Source of the DNA: Candidatus Methanomethylophilaceae archaeon
GTDB taxonomy: Archaea > Thermoplasmatota > Thermoplasmata > Methanomassiliicoccales > Methanomethylophilaceae
Reading direction: 5' to 3'
DNA length: 64,000 nt
Assembly: GCA_944320495.1 (NCBI GenBank)
Contig: CALUHR010000008.1
Coordinates: forward strand, 1 to 64,000
Program-made: the position numbers and the translations under genes
The notes under the pieces: generated by a model
What the model was told of the DNA's origin: nothing
The model's database searches: none
Seen by the model: the letters and a program-made list of their open reading frames with translations, nothing else
Shown: piece after piece, positions 40,011 through 50,151 of the stretch
How the letters are laid out: each line of letters opens with the position of its first letter
Numbering within the stretch: the stretch's first letter is position 1

Positions 40011-41043
40011 TGGTAGGCCTCAGCTCCCTGGCCATGTCCCACTTGTCGTGGATGATCTGGGGCGAATGCGTGGCGACGATCATCTGGATGTCGCGTACCC
40101 TGCAGATGTCGAGAAGATAGTCCCCGAGCTTCTGCTGCCAGCAGACGTGGAGGGATATCTCCGGTTCGTCGATGATGACGATGGAGCCCTGGGGGGCGTG
40201 GAAGAGCAGAGCGTAGAACATGATGAGGATCTGCTTCTCTCCTGACGAGAGCTTCTGCAGCTGGAGAACGGTGCCATTGTTCATCGCCACCCCGATCCTG
40301 CCGGTGTCCGAGACGGTTACGGACTTGTTGAGGAAAATGTCGTTGACGATGTCTTTGAAGATGATGACGGACTCGGCGAGGATGTAATCCTTCTCGACAT
40401 AGTCGGCGAGGGAGCTGGCCAGCTCCTCGTATCCCTTGCGGTCCTTGGCAATCTCGTACCTGGACGGAGGGAACTTCTTGCCTGCTGGTATGTCGGGTTC
40501 GAAACCCGCGTCCCTGATAAAGTCGAGCTTGGCCTTGAGGTCCTTGCACCAGAACTCCAGGTCGCCGTCGGACATCTCCGACACGCCCTCCCTGAGCACC
40601 GGCTCGAGCTCCCTGTGCTCCCTCGCATAGCGGATGCGGTCCGCCAGCTCCTGGGCGTACACCTCGAGGGTGGGGGCCAGATGCCCGTCGCCCCTCTTGA
40701 TGGCTAACCTCTCCGGCGGGACGTAGAGCGTCTCGACGATGGAGGCCATGTCGGAGGGAGTCAGGTCCGTGTCGACGTCGCTCTTCCTCATGAGCACGAG
40801 CATCTCACCCTGGTAGTTCTGGATGACAAGGTCCTCGTCGTCGTCGAAGAGGATGTCAAACCTGGAGAACGGGGTCCCGCGGAGGTAGTCCACATCGCCG
40901 CGGAGGGCGGCGTAGATCATCCTCATCAGAGTACTCTTCCCAAGACCATTTGGGGAGTGCAGGAACGTGAGCGGCTGACCCATATCGAGGGCGAAGTCAT
41001 ACTCGTTGAAGAGCTTCGAGACATAGACTGACTTTATCTTCAT
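40003..41043 (-). CDS. ABC/SMC-like AAA ATPase (AriA-like), ends at CGA
   Basis: SPNGLGKST, LSSGEKQ, IIDEPEISLH..WQ, ATHSP; ATGCGCGA overlap with DUF4435; ORF track runs to 39673. Confidence 0.85.
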
Positions 41044-41168
41044 GGGCGTCCTGAAAATGGCCCTATCAGATAGAAGAAGGTTTCAGTGAGCCGGGGGCGT
41101 CTGGCATCCGGTGCCTGACTGTCGGAGTTAAGAAACCTATTAATCGGGTCCGCCAATCAACCGGGACG

Positions 41169-42002
41169 ATGGACGCCGACAAGACCTTCGAAGAGATACG
41201 CTCGCTCATATCGCAGGGCAGGAACGAAGAGGCCGTGGAGCTCACGGGGGAGCTCGCCGAGAGCTCGTCCGACCCCATGGTCGGGATCAAATGCCTCTCC
41301 CTTCTGAAGGTCGTCGGCGAGACCGAGAGGTCCAAGCCCATAGTCTCGAAGGTCGCATCCAATCTGCCAGATGACCCCCAGATGAGGATCCAGATTGCGG
41401 GTGCCCTCCGCGGGCTCGAATATCCGTCCACTGCCTACGGCATCCTTAAGGCCATGGACCAGGACGATACGGTCAGGAGGCTCTCGTGCATGTGCCTCGA
41501 GGACATGGAGGAGTACGAGCTCGCCCTGGATGCGGTGACCTCGATATCGCAGCTCCTTCCCTTCGACCGCGTCATGCTCACGGAAGTCAACAGCGCGTTG
41601 GGCAACCACAAGGAGGCCGTCAGGGTGTCCGAGGATCTCCTCCGCGAGTACCCGGACGATTTCGACGTCCGCAGGTCCTACGTCTCGGCACTCCTCCTGG
41701 CCGGAAGGGACAAGGAGGCCGTCAAGTTCGCCCGCGGATGCCTCAAGGAGAAGACCGCAGGTTCCAACGCCCTGGTGGCCTACGTCATGCGCATCCTGGG
41801 CAACACCAAGGCCGCGGCCGGATATGCCACCCGCGCGATCAACATGGATCCCAAGAACGTCAGCGCCATGGAGACCCTGGGCATATGCCTTGCCGAGAAG
41901 GGCGAGTACGACAAGGCCCGCATCGTGGCAGGGGCCATCAACGAGGCCTCTCCGGGCAGCCGCGCCGCCCTCAACGTCCTTTCCTTCTGCGAGGGGCACT
42001 GA
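41169..42002 (+). CDS. Tetratricopeptide-repeat protein
   Basis: Repeated helical TPR-like units (A..YATRAINMDPKN; LGICLAEKGEYDKA). Confidence 0.75.
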   Translation: MDADKTFEEIRSLISQGRNEEAVELTGELAESSSDPMVGIKCLSLLKVVGETERSKPIVSKVASNLPDDPQMRIQIAGALRGLEYPSTAYGILKAMDQDDTVRRLSCMCLEDMEEYELALDAVTSISQLLPFDRVMLTEVNSALGNHKEAVRVSEDLLREYPDDFDVRRSYVSALLLAGRDKEAVKFARGCLKEKTAGSNALVAYVMRILGNTKAAAGYATRAINMDPKNVSAMETLGICLAEKGEYDKARIVAGAINEASPGSRAALNVLSFCEGH

Positions 42003-42014
42003 CCCCTCCCCAAC

Positions 42015-43577
42015 TCACATCCTTCTTCCGGACCTTCTGACGCCGATGTCCGAGACGCGGCCCCTGCGCTTGGCGCGGCTGTTGAGCCAGACGTCCTTCC
42101 AGAACCCGGGCGTGAAGAGGATCGCGGCCGTGACTATCTCGAGACGTCCCATCCACATCAGCACGATGAGGATGCCCTTGATCCAGCCGTCGAGCCCGGC
42201 GAAGTCCCCGGTGGGTCCGAAGTTGCCGAAACCCATGCCTCCGTTGGACACCGCGGATATGGAGAGTCCGACCGAGTCCAGCAGGTCGTTGCCCCCGGTC
42301 ATGATCAGGACCGCACCGATGAGGATGGTCAGGACGAACATCACGAACACCATGAGCGCCGAACGGATCACGCTGTCCTCGACCACGCGGCCGTCGACCT
42401 TCACGGAGTAGACGGAGTTGGTGTGGACCAGGGTGCTGAATCCTGCCCTGATGTACTCGTAGATGATCCTCAGCCTCCCGATCTTGATTCCTCCGCTGGT
42501 GGAGCTGGTGGACGCTCCGATTACGACGACGATCATCAGGAAGATGGTGCACTGGGCCGGCCAGAGGGTGTAGTCCTCGACGTAGAATCCCGTGGACGTC
42601 CCGAGGGACACCGTGGTGAACAGGACGTCCTTGAAGACCTCGTAGAGGCTCCTGGCGTCGGTAGGCTTGCCGGAGACGATCATGTCCTGGAGCATCAGCA
42701 GGAAGATGACCACCGTGATGACCCCGAACCACACGATCATGGCACGGTACTCGGAGTTGCCACGGTAGACGCCGCGCTCCCTCCTGGCTATGGCGCGGTA
42801 GTGGAGGTAGAAGTTCGTTCCTCCGAGGAACATGAAGGCGATGGTGACCCATTGGACGGCGTCCGAGTAGATCATCAGGCTGCTGTTGAACATGAACAGG
42901 CCACCGGTCGAGATGGTGGAGAACATGAGGCACATGGCCTCGATGGTAGGCACCTGCAGGATCACGAGGAAGATGAAGTTCAGGGCGCTCAGCAGCATGT
43001 AGATCATGATGAACGAGCGGGCGACGTCCCTCATCTTATGGGAGTAGTCCGAGGACTCGTACCCGGCCAGCTCGTTGTAGAACAGTCCGCGGCCGTGGCC
43101 CACCTTCGGCAAGAAGTAAAGGAAGATCAGGACGACGGCGATACCTCCGATCCACTGGGTCATGGACCTCCAGATCAGGAGACTGGTGCTCTGCTCGCTC
43201 AGGTCGCCGATGACGGTGAGCCCGGTGGTGGTGATGCCGCTGACCGACTCGAAGATCGCGTCAATGGGGTCTATCCCCGACATGATGTAAGGGATGGTGC
43301 CGATGGCGAACATCACCAGCCAGGAGAGCCCAACCAGCAGCAGTCCGTTCACGAAGCGGAACGTGCGGTACTGGGTGAACATGAGGTACTGGAAGGATCC
43401 GAGGGCCAGAAGAAACGGGATCGGGGCAAGGAAGGGCATAGCGTCCTCGCCGAAGTACAGGGCGAAGGCGGCCGGCACCAGCAGCACCAGGCCGAAGATT
43501 ACCTCCACCAGGCCGAGGACGTTGACCGTCGTCCCCTCCCAACGGATGCAGCGCTTGCGAAAATCCTTCCACTTCAA
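42015..43577 (-). CDS. trkH: Trk potassium uptake permease
   Basis: FESVSGITTTG, WIGGIAV, STISTGG, STSGGIK..R, ISAVSNGG, MWMGRLE. Confidence 0.93.
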   Translation of the reverse strand: MKWKDFRKRCIRWEGTTVNVLGLVEVIFGLVLLVPAAFALYFGEDAMPFLAPIPFLLALGSFQYLMFTQYRTFRFVNGLLLVGLSWLVMFAIGTIPYIMSGIDPIDAIFESVSGITTTGLTVIGDLSEQSTSLLIWRSMTQWIGGIAVVLIFLYFLPKVGHGRGLFYNELAGYESSDYSHKMRDVARSFIMIYMLLSALNFIFLVILQVPTIEAMCLMFSTISTGGLFMFNSSLMIYSDAVQWVTIAFMFLGGTNFYLHYRAIARRERGVYRGNSEYRAMIVWFGVITVVIFLLMLQDMIVSGKPTDARSLYEVFKDVLFTTVSLGTSTGFYVEDYTLWPAQCTIFLMIVVVIGASTSSTSGGIKIGRLRIIYEYIRAGFSTLVHTNSVYSVKVDGRVVEDSVIRSALMVFVMFVLTILIGAVLIMTGGNDLLDSVGLSISAVSNGGMGFGNFGPTGDFAGLDGWIKGILIVLMWMGRLEIVTAAILFTPGFWKDVWLNSRAKRRGRVSDIGVRRSGRRM

Positions 43578-43581
43578 CCGA

Positions 43582-44934
43582 TCACATCTCCGGCAGGACT
43601 CCCTTGCCGAAGATCCTCACGACCTCCGACTCCATCTTCGCGTTCGAGAATAGAATGACCGAGTCACCGTCCTCCATCCTGGTGTCCAGCACCGGGTACA
43701 GGATCTCGCCTTGGCGCTCGATGGCCACGAGACGGAGCCCCTCGGGCATGTTCAGGTCCCCGACGAAGCGGTTCAGCAGCTTGGAGCCCGAGTCGACGAC
43801 ATGGGTGAAGAACATCCAGTCGCTGCTCTGCATCCTGGCTATGGCCAGCTCGTCGGAGACGAGGCATTTGATGATCTCGTTGGACACGACCTGGTTGAAG
43901 CCGATGATGGTCTGCAGGCCGGTGTAGCGGAAGATGTCCTCGTACTCGCGCATGAAATACCGAGAGATGACCTTGCGCGCGTTGTGCCTGCCGGCGGACA
44001 TGCACATGAGGAGGTTCGTCTCGTCCCTCGACGAGGTCGAGACGGTGGCATCCACGCGGAACACGTTCTCGTCCGCCTGGATGTTCGGGTCGGTGTAGTC
44101 GGCGTTGATGATGGCGACGCCGCTGAGCGCCCTGGAGAGGGCGATGCAGCGGGCCGGGTCGCGCTCGATGATCTTGATGTATCTCTTTACGGGATCGTCG
44201 GAGAGCATCTTGGCGAGGTTTAATCCGACGATGGAGCCTCCGAGGATGCAGACCTCCCTGGTGACGTCCTCGACACCGACCATCTCGTTGAACTGGGAGA
44301 TTGCCTCGTCGCTCCCGAACACGCACAGGCGGTCGCCGGGATGGACCTCCATCGTCTCCGGGGATGTGAACACATCGTCGTCGCGATAGATGGCGAAAAC
44401 GGTGCATCCTGGCGGTATGGGGAGGTGCATGACGACACGTCCCACGATGGGCTTCTGTCCCTGGACGGAGAACACGGCGATGCTCACGCCCATGCTCCTG
44501 ATGCTCTCGTACTCGACGACGTTCTCGAGGACGCTGAGCCTGTACATCTTCTCCGCGGTCGTCAGGTCGGGGGATATGATGTAGTCGATGCCCTCCACGC
44601 CGTCGGACGCGGTGTCGACCATGAAGTCGGGGTTGTGGATGGTGGCCACGGTCTTGATGTCGGGCTTGATCCTCTTGGCCATCATGCAGACGAATAGGTT
44701 CTCCGAGTCTGAGCTCAGCGTCGAGACTATGACCTCGGCGCCATGGCTCTCTATGGCGTATCTGAGGATGCGCGGATTCGTACCGTCCTCCCTCAGGACG
44801 GCGACGTTGAGGCGGCCCTTCAGGGTCTCCGTCACGGATTCGTCCTTCTCGATGACGAGGACGTCGTGAACGTCGGAGACCGTCTCGGCGGAGACGAATC
44901 CGACGTTCCCCGCCCCGACTATGATGACCTTCAT
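43582..44934 (-). CDS. trkA: Trk potassium uptake regulatory subunit
   Basis: Two RCK_N/RCK_C pairs, GAGNVG and LGGSIVG. Confidence 0.93.
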   Translation of the reverse strand: MKVIIVGAGNVGFVSAETVSDVHDVLVIEKDESVTETLKGRLNVAVLREDGTNPRILRYAIESHGAEVIVSTLSSDSENLFVCMMAKRIKPDIKTVATIHNPDFMVDTASDGVEGIDYIISPDLTTAEKMYRLSVLENVVEYESIRSMGVSIAVFSVQGQKPIVGRVVMHLPIPPGCTVFAIYRDDDVFTSPETMEVHPGDRLCVFGSDEAISQFNEMVGVEDVTREVCILGGSIVGLNLAKMLSDDPVKRYIKIIERDPARCIALSRALSGVAIINADYTDPNIQADENVFRVDATVSTSSRDETNLLMCMSAGRHNARKVISRYFMREYEDIFRYTGLQTIIGFNQVVSNEIIKCLVSDELAIARMQSSDWMFFTHVVDSGSKLLNRFVGDLNMPEGLRLVAIERQGEILYPVLDTRMEDGDSVILFSNAKMESEVVRIFGKGVLPEM

Positions 44935-45074
44935 CCGCTGGGACTACGCCTACGGGAACTATAACACTTTTCGGTCGGTCGGGAGGGGTCATCCAGCCCC
45001 CTCTCCCTTCCATATATAGGATATGGAGTTTCCGACCGAATCATATTAACATTGAGATTCGCATCCGTCGCCTC

Positions 45075-46331
45075 ATGTGGCAGCAAGTCAACGAGGACTT
45101 CTGGAAGGAGAACCGCGAATCCAAGGTCGGACAGGTCGAGGACACCGTCCGCGAGATCGTCGAAAACGTCAGGCAGAACGGCGACAAGGCCCTCAGGGAG
45201 CTGGCGAAGAAGTTCGACAAGGTCGACCTGGGTGAGATCGCGGTGACCCGCGAAGAGATCGAGGCCGCCTACGAGCAGGTGAAGCCCGAACTCGTGGAGG
45301 AGCTCGAGAACGCTGCATTCAACATCGAGAGGTTCCACAGGATGCAGATGCCCGCAGGCCTCTGGCTCACCGAGGTCGAGCCCGGCATCACCCTCGGGGT
45401 CAAGTCCACCCCCCTCGAGAGGGTCGGATGCTACATCCCCGGAGGGCGCGCGTCCTATCCCAGCACCGTGCTCATGACCGCCATCCCCGCCAAGGTCGCG
45501 GGCGTCGACGAGGTCATCATGTGCACCCCCGCACCGATCAACCCCCTCACCCTCGTGGCCGCCGACATCGCCGGCGTCGACGAGATCTACAAGTCCGGAG
45601 GCGCCCAGGCCATCGCCGCCATGGCCCTCGGTACCGAGAGCATCGAGCCCGTTCAGAAGATCGTCGGGCCCGGCAACGTGTTCGTCACCGGCGCCAAGAT
45701 GATGCTCCGCAACACCGTCGACATCGACTTCCCCGCCGGCCCCTCCGAGATCGGCGTCCTCGCAGACGAGACCGCCGTGCCCGAGTACGTGGCCTCCGAC
45801 CTCATCGCCCAGGCGGAGCACGACCCGTCCTCCGCCAGCCTGCTGGTCACCAGCGACCCCGACCTCCCCGACAGGATCTGGGAGATCATGGAGGGCATGA
45901 TCGAGAAGGCCCCCAGGAGGGAGATCATCGAGAAGGCCATGAACAACTCCGGCTACATCATCGCCGAGGACATGGACCTCGCCATCGAGATCATGAACGG
46001 CATCGCCCCCGAGCACCTGTCCATCCAGGTCCGCGACCCGCTGGACGTCCTCGGCAAGGTCAGGAACGGCGGTTCCATCTTCGTCGGACCCTACACCCCG
46101 GTCGCCGCCGGCGACTACGCATCCGGGACCAACCACGTCCTGCCCACGTCCGGCCACGCCGCAACCTGCTCCGGCCTGAACGTCCACCACTTCATGAAGA
46201 CCTCCACCGTCCAGATGCTCTCCAAGGAGGGGCTGGCCGTTCTCGCGCCGACCATCGAGACCCTGGCCACCGCTGAGGGCCTGCACGCCCACTGCGAATC
46301 GGTCAAGATCAGGAAGCCGGAGGAGGAGTGA
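45075..46331 (+). CDS. hisD: Histidinol dehydrogenase
   Basis: VG.YIPGG, GGAQAIAAMA.GT, DFPAGPSE, QAEHD, APEHL, GDYASGTNHVLPT. Confidence 0.97.
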   Translation: MWQQVNEDFWKENRESKVGQVEDTVREIVENVRQNGDKALRELAKKFDKVDLGEIAVTREEIEAAYEQVKPELVEELENAAFNIERFHRMQMPAGLWLTEVEPGITLGVKSTPLERVGCYIPGGRASYPSTVLMTAIPAKVAGVDEVIMCTPAPINPLTLVAADIAGVDEIYKSGGAQAIAAMALGTESIEPVQKIVGPGNVFVTGAKMMLRNTVDIDFPAGPSEIGVLADETAVPEYVASDLIAQAEHDPSSASLLVTSDPDLPDRIWEIMEGMIEKAPRREIIEKAMNNSGYIIAEDMDLAIEIMNGIAPEHLSIQVRDPLDVLGKVRNGGSIFVGPYTPVAAGDYASGTNHVLPTSGHAATCSGLNVHHFMKTSTVQMLSKEGLAVLAPTIETLATAEGLHAHCESVKIRKPEEE

Positions 46332-46335
46332 TCCC

Positions 46336-48438
46336 ATGGCGGGCCGCACCACGAAGAGGGCCCCCGCGGACGAGACCCCTGCGGCCCCCGATCTCTACGA
46401 CTCCAAGTACTACATCAACAGGGAGCTGTCGTGGCTCGAGTTCAACAGGAGGTGCCTCGAGGAGGCCAAGGACGCCTCCAACCCCCTGCTGGAGAGGGTG
46501 AAGTTCCTGGCGATATGCTACGGGAACCTGGACGAGTTCTACATGATCCGCGTCCCCGGGATCATCGCCAAGACCCCCATACCCGGACCGGACTACCTAA
46601 CGATCAACTACAACACCCTGATGCAGCAGGTCTCCGAGACCGTGCAGAAGCTCGTCTTCGAGTACTCCGACTGCTGGAACGGGATCAAGACGGAGCTCGC
46701 CGAGGCGGGCATCGTCATCAGCAAGGTGGAGCAGCTCTCGCCCGACCAGCAGGCCTGGGTGGCCGGGTTCTACAAGCAGAGGGTCCACCCCCTGCTGACC
46801 CCGCTGGCACTGGACGTGAGCCACCCGTTCCCGTTCATCTCCAACAACTCGCTGAACATCGCGGTGAGGATGTACGACAAGAACCACGAACAGCTGTTCG
46901 CCCGTGTCAAGGTCCCCGTCGGCGTCCTCCCCAGGTTCGTGCGGGTCCCCTCCACAAAGGGCGAGCAGTACGTCCTCCTGGAGGACATCCTGGAGAACCA
47001 CATCTCCTCGCTGTTCCCCGGCCTCGACGTGGTGGGTGCGTACATGTTCCGCGTCACACGCAACGCGGATGTGAAGGTCACGATCGACGAGGCCTGCGAC
47101 TTCATGACCGCGGTCGAGGAGTCCCTCGAGGACAGGGACATCGGGTTCCCCGTCAGGATGGCCGTCGAGCGCACCATGCCGCCGGAGATGGTCAAACTGT
47201 TCGCCAGGAACCTGAAGCTCAGCGACCTCCAGGTCCACAGGACCGACGCCATCAGCCTCGGGGACCTGTGGGAGCTCGTGGGCCTGGACTATCCGAAGAT
47301 GAAGGACAAGCCCTTCGAGCCCTACACCCCGCCGGAGCTGGCCGAGGGGATGGACATATTCGAGTCCATCAAGGACAGGGACTGGATCCTGTTCCACCCC
47401 TACGAATCGTTCCAGACCATCGTCCGCTTCATCACCACATCCGCCGAGGACCTAAACGTCCAGAGCATCAAGATCTGCCTGTACAGGATCGGCAAGGACC
47501 CGTCCCTGGTGAAGGCGCTGATGCGCGCCAAGGAGAACGGCAAGACGGTCTCGGTCCTGATGGAGCTCCGCGCCAAGTTCGACGAGAGCAACAACATCCT
47601 GTGGGCCAGGGAGATGGAGAAGATCGGCGTGCACGTGGTCTACGGTCCGGTGAACCTGAAGGTCCACTCCAAGCTCCTCCAGGTCGTCCGCCTCGAGGGG
47701 GAGAAGCTCGTCCGCTACACGCACATGAGCTCGGGCAACTACAACTCGTCCACCGCCAAGCAGTACGGGGACATCTCGTTCCTGACCGCCAACCCGGAGA
47801 TCGGGGAGGACGTGGGGGAGCTGTTCAACGCCCTGACCGGATACTTCGGACCCAGGATGTACACGCATCTGCTGGTGGCTCCGCTGACACTTAAGAGCTC
47901 CCTGATCGAGAAGATCGAGCGCGAGATAGAGGTGTGCAGGACCACCGGAAGCGGGTACATCGCCATGAAGGCGAACGGGCTGATCGACTCGGACATCATC
48001 GCCGCGCTCTACAAGGCGTCCAACGCCGGCGTCCGCATCGACCTCAACATCCGCGGACTCTGCTGCCTACGCCCGGGGATCCCCGGTGTCTCGGAGAACA
48101 TCAGGGTCACCAGCATCGTGGACAGGTTCCTCGAGCACTCGAGGATCTACTACTTCGAGAACGGCGGCCATCCGGAGATGTACATGGGATCATCGGACAT
48201 GATGCCCAGGAACCTACTGGCCAGGGTGGAGGTGCTGTTCCCCGTGCTGGACCAGGACATGCTCGCCCACATAAGGGACGACATCCTGAGGATCCATCTC
48301 AGCGACAACGTGAAGGCACGCGAGCTTCTGCCCGACGGCACCTACAGGCTCGTCCAGAGGCCGGAGGGCGAGAAGAGGATGAGATCCCAGAAGTGGTTCC
48401 TCGACCACAGGGGATGCTGGCATGGAACAGAGGACTGA
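46336..48438 (+). CDS. ppk1: Polyphosphate kinase 1
   Basis: YINRELSWLEFN.R, NLDEFYMIRV, HPFPF, LFHPYESF, ELRAKFDE, KVHSK, DRFLEHSR. Confidence 0.97.
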   Translation: MAGRTTKRAPADETPAAPDLYDSKYYINRELSWLEFNRRCLEEAKDASNPLLERVKFLAICYGNLDEFYMIRVPGIIAKTPIPGPDYLTINYNTLMQQVSETVQKLVFEYSDCWNGIKTELAEAGIVISKVEQLSPDQQAWVAGFYKQRVHPLLTPLALDVSHPFPFISNNSLNIAVRMYDKNHEQLFARVKVPVGVLPRFVRVPSTKGEQYVLLEDILENHISSLFPGLDVVGAYMFRVTRNADVKVTIDEACDFMTAVEESLEDRDIGFPVRMAVERTMPPEMVKLFARNLKLSDLQVHRTDAISLGDLWELVGLDYPKMKDKPFEPYTPPELAEGMDIFESIKDRDWILFHPYESFQTIVRFITTSAEDLNVQSIKICLYRIGKDPSLVKALMRAKENGKTVSVLMELRAKFDESNNILWAREMEKIGVHVVYGPVNLKVHSKLLQVVRLEGEKLVRYTHMSSGNYNSSTAKQYGDISFLTANPEIGEDVGELFNALTGYFGPRMYTHLLVAPLTLKSSLIEKIEREIEVCRTTGSGYIAMKANGLIDSDIIAALYKASNAGVRIDLNIRGLCCLRPGIPGVSENIRVTSIVDRFLEHSRIYYFENGGHPEMYMGSSDMMPRNLLARVEVLFPVLDQDMLAHIRDDILRIHLSDNVKARELLPDGTYRLVQRPEGEKRMRSQKWFLDHRGCWHGTED

Positions 48439-49996
48439 CACCGAGACCGTAGGCTTCATCGACGTCGGCACCAACTCCATCCATCTGCTGGTGGTCAGGT
48501 TCTATCCTGACACCTCCGGGACGCCCATATTCCAGGACAAGGAGTCCGTGAGGCTGGGCAAGAGCCTGTACAGCACCGGGCGCATCACCCCCGAGGCGGT
48601 GGAGAAGAGCGCCCTGGTCGTATCGAGGTTCGCCCGGATATCCAGAGGCCTCGGCGCAGACCGCGTGATCGCGTTCGCGACCTGCGCGGCCAGGGAGGCC
48701 GCCAACCGCCAGGAGCTCATCGACGCCGTCTCCAAGGATGTGGAGCTGAAGGTAATCCCCGGCACCGAGGAGGCCAGGCTGATCGCCCTGGGCGTATTCG
48801 GGGACCAGGGGCCGGCTGAGCGCACAGTCGAGATCGACATCGGCGGGGGCAGCACCGAGGTCATCGTCCGCGAGAAGGGCGAGGACATCTTCCTCGACAG
48901 CCTCAGCATGGGCGCGGTCCGCTACAACTACTCCCTCAACATCGACTGCTCCGGACCCGTGAGCCAGGAGCAGTACTCCATGATACTCCGCACCGTCGAC
49001 ATATCGTCGTACCACGCGGTGAACAAGGTCCGCGCCCTCGGCTTCCGCAGAGCGGTGGGATCCTCCGGGACGCTCATGTCCATAGCCGACATGTGCGCCG
49101 CCCGCAGGGGAGACGGGGACGCCTCGTACTTCACCCGCAAGGAGCTCCGCTCACTGATGCAGGACCTCTGTCCCATGACCGCCGAGGAGCGCCTCAGGGT
49201 CCCGGGCATGGGGAAGACGAGATCGGACATCATCATCCCCGGAGGGGCGATAGCAGAGGAGCTGATGTCCCTTTTCGGCATATCCAGGATGGACATAAGC
49301 CCGGACGGGCTCAAGCAGGGGATGATGCTGGACCATCAGCTCTCCCACGGGTACACCGTATTCGGTGCCAGGCAGTCCTCCGTGCGCGCCCTGGCCCACA
49401 GGTGCCAGTACGACCGCCGCCATGCCGAGACCGTCGAGCGCAACGCCATGTCCCTCTTCGACCAGTCGAGGGAGCTGGGAATGCACGACCTCGGCCCGCA
49501 GTGGAGGAGCCTGCTCTCCTGCGCGTGCATACTGCACGACATAGGCGAGCTAATCAGCTACTCCAACCACAACGTGCTGTCCCAGGTCATCATCGAGAAG
49601 GCCGACCTCCAGGGGTTCACCTGCGAGGAGATCGCGGCCATGGGTCTCATGGTCAGGTTCCACCACAAGAAGTTCCCCGGCCCGAAGGACTCCCGCCTGG
49701 CGGGCATGTCCAGGGAGGACGCCACAGCCGTCAGGGTGTGCGCCATGCTGCTCAAGATGGCGGACGTCATGGACCGCCACAGGAACAACTCGGTCCGCAG
49801 CGCGCGCATGAGGATAGACGGGGGGCGTCTCATCCTATCGCTCTCCGCCGATGAGGACCCCAGCATGGAGATCTGGAGCCTCGAGCGCATCCGCCCCGAC
49901 TTCCAGAAGCTCTTCGGTCTGGACCTCGTGCCCGTCTCCGTAGATCCGATGACACCCGTCCCGTCTCGGAACGGGGCCGGAACATCCCCGGAATGA
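48422..49996 (+). CDS. ppx: Exopolyphosphatase Ppx/GppA with HD domain
   Basis: IDVGTNSIH, ATCAAREA.N, EEARL, DIGGGSTE, LHDIG. Confidence 0.93.
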   Translation: MEQRTDTETVGFIDVGTNSIHLLVVRFYPDTSGTPIFQDKESVRLGKSLYSTGRITPEAVEKSALVVSRFARISRGLGADRVIAFATCAAREAANRQELIDAVSKDVELKVIPGTEEARLIALGVFGDQGPAERTVEIDIGGGSTEVIVREKGEDIFLDSLSMGAVRYNYSLNIDCSGPVSQEQYSMILRTVDISSYHAVNKVRALGFRRAVGSSGTLMSIADMCAARRGDGDASYFTRKELRSLMQDLCPMTAEERLRVPGMGKTRSDIIIPGGAIAEELMSLFGISRMDISPDGLKQGMMLDHQLSHGYTVFGARQSSVRALAHRCQYDRRHAETVERNAMSLFDQSRELGMHDLGPQWRSLLSCACILHDIGELISYSNHNVLSQVIIEKADLQGFTCEEIAAMGLMVRFHHKKFPGPKDSRLAGMSREDATAVRVCAMLLKMADVMDRHRNNSVRSARMRIDGGRLILSLSADEDPSMEIWSLERIRPDFQKLFGLDLVPVSVDPMTPVPSRNGAGTSPE

Positions 49997-50151
49997 GCCT
50001 CGGACCCGCTCCGGACGGGCGAAAAAGGACAGATTCAAATAATCCAGCAGGGATAGGGAATCAGAGTGGAAGCCGGTCCCCTTGCATGGAAGAGATTCCA
50101 AACCGGCCTCTACTTACCTTCACATCCCGCCTTCATCAGCGGACGTGATGG

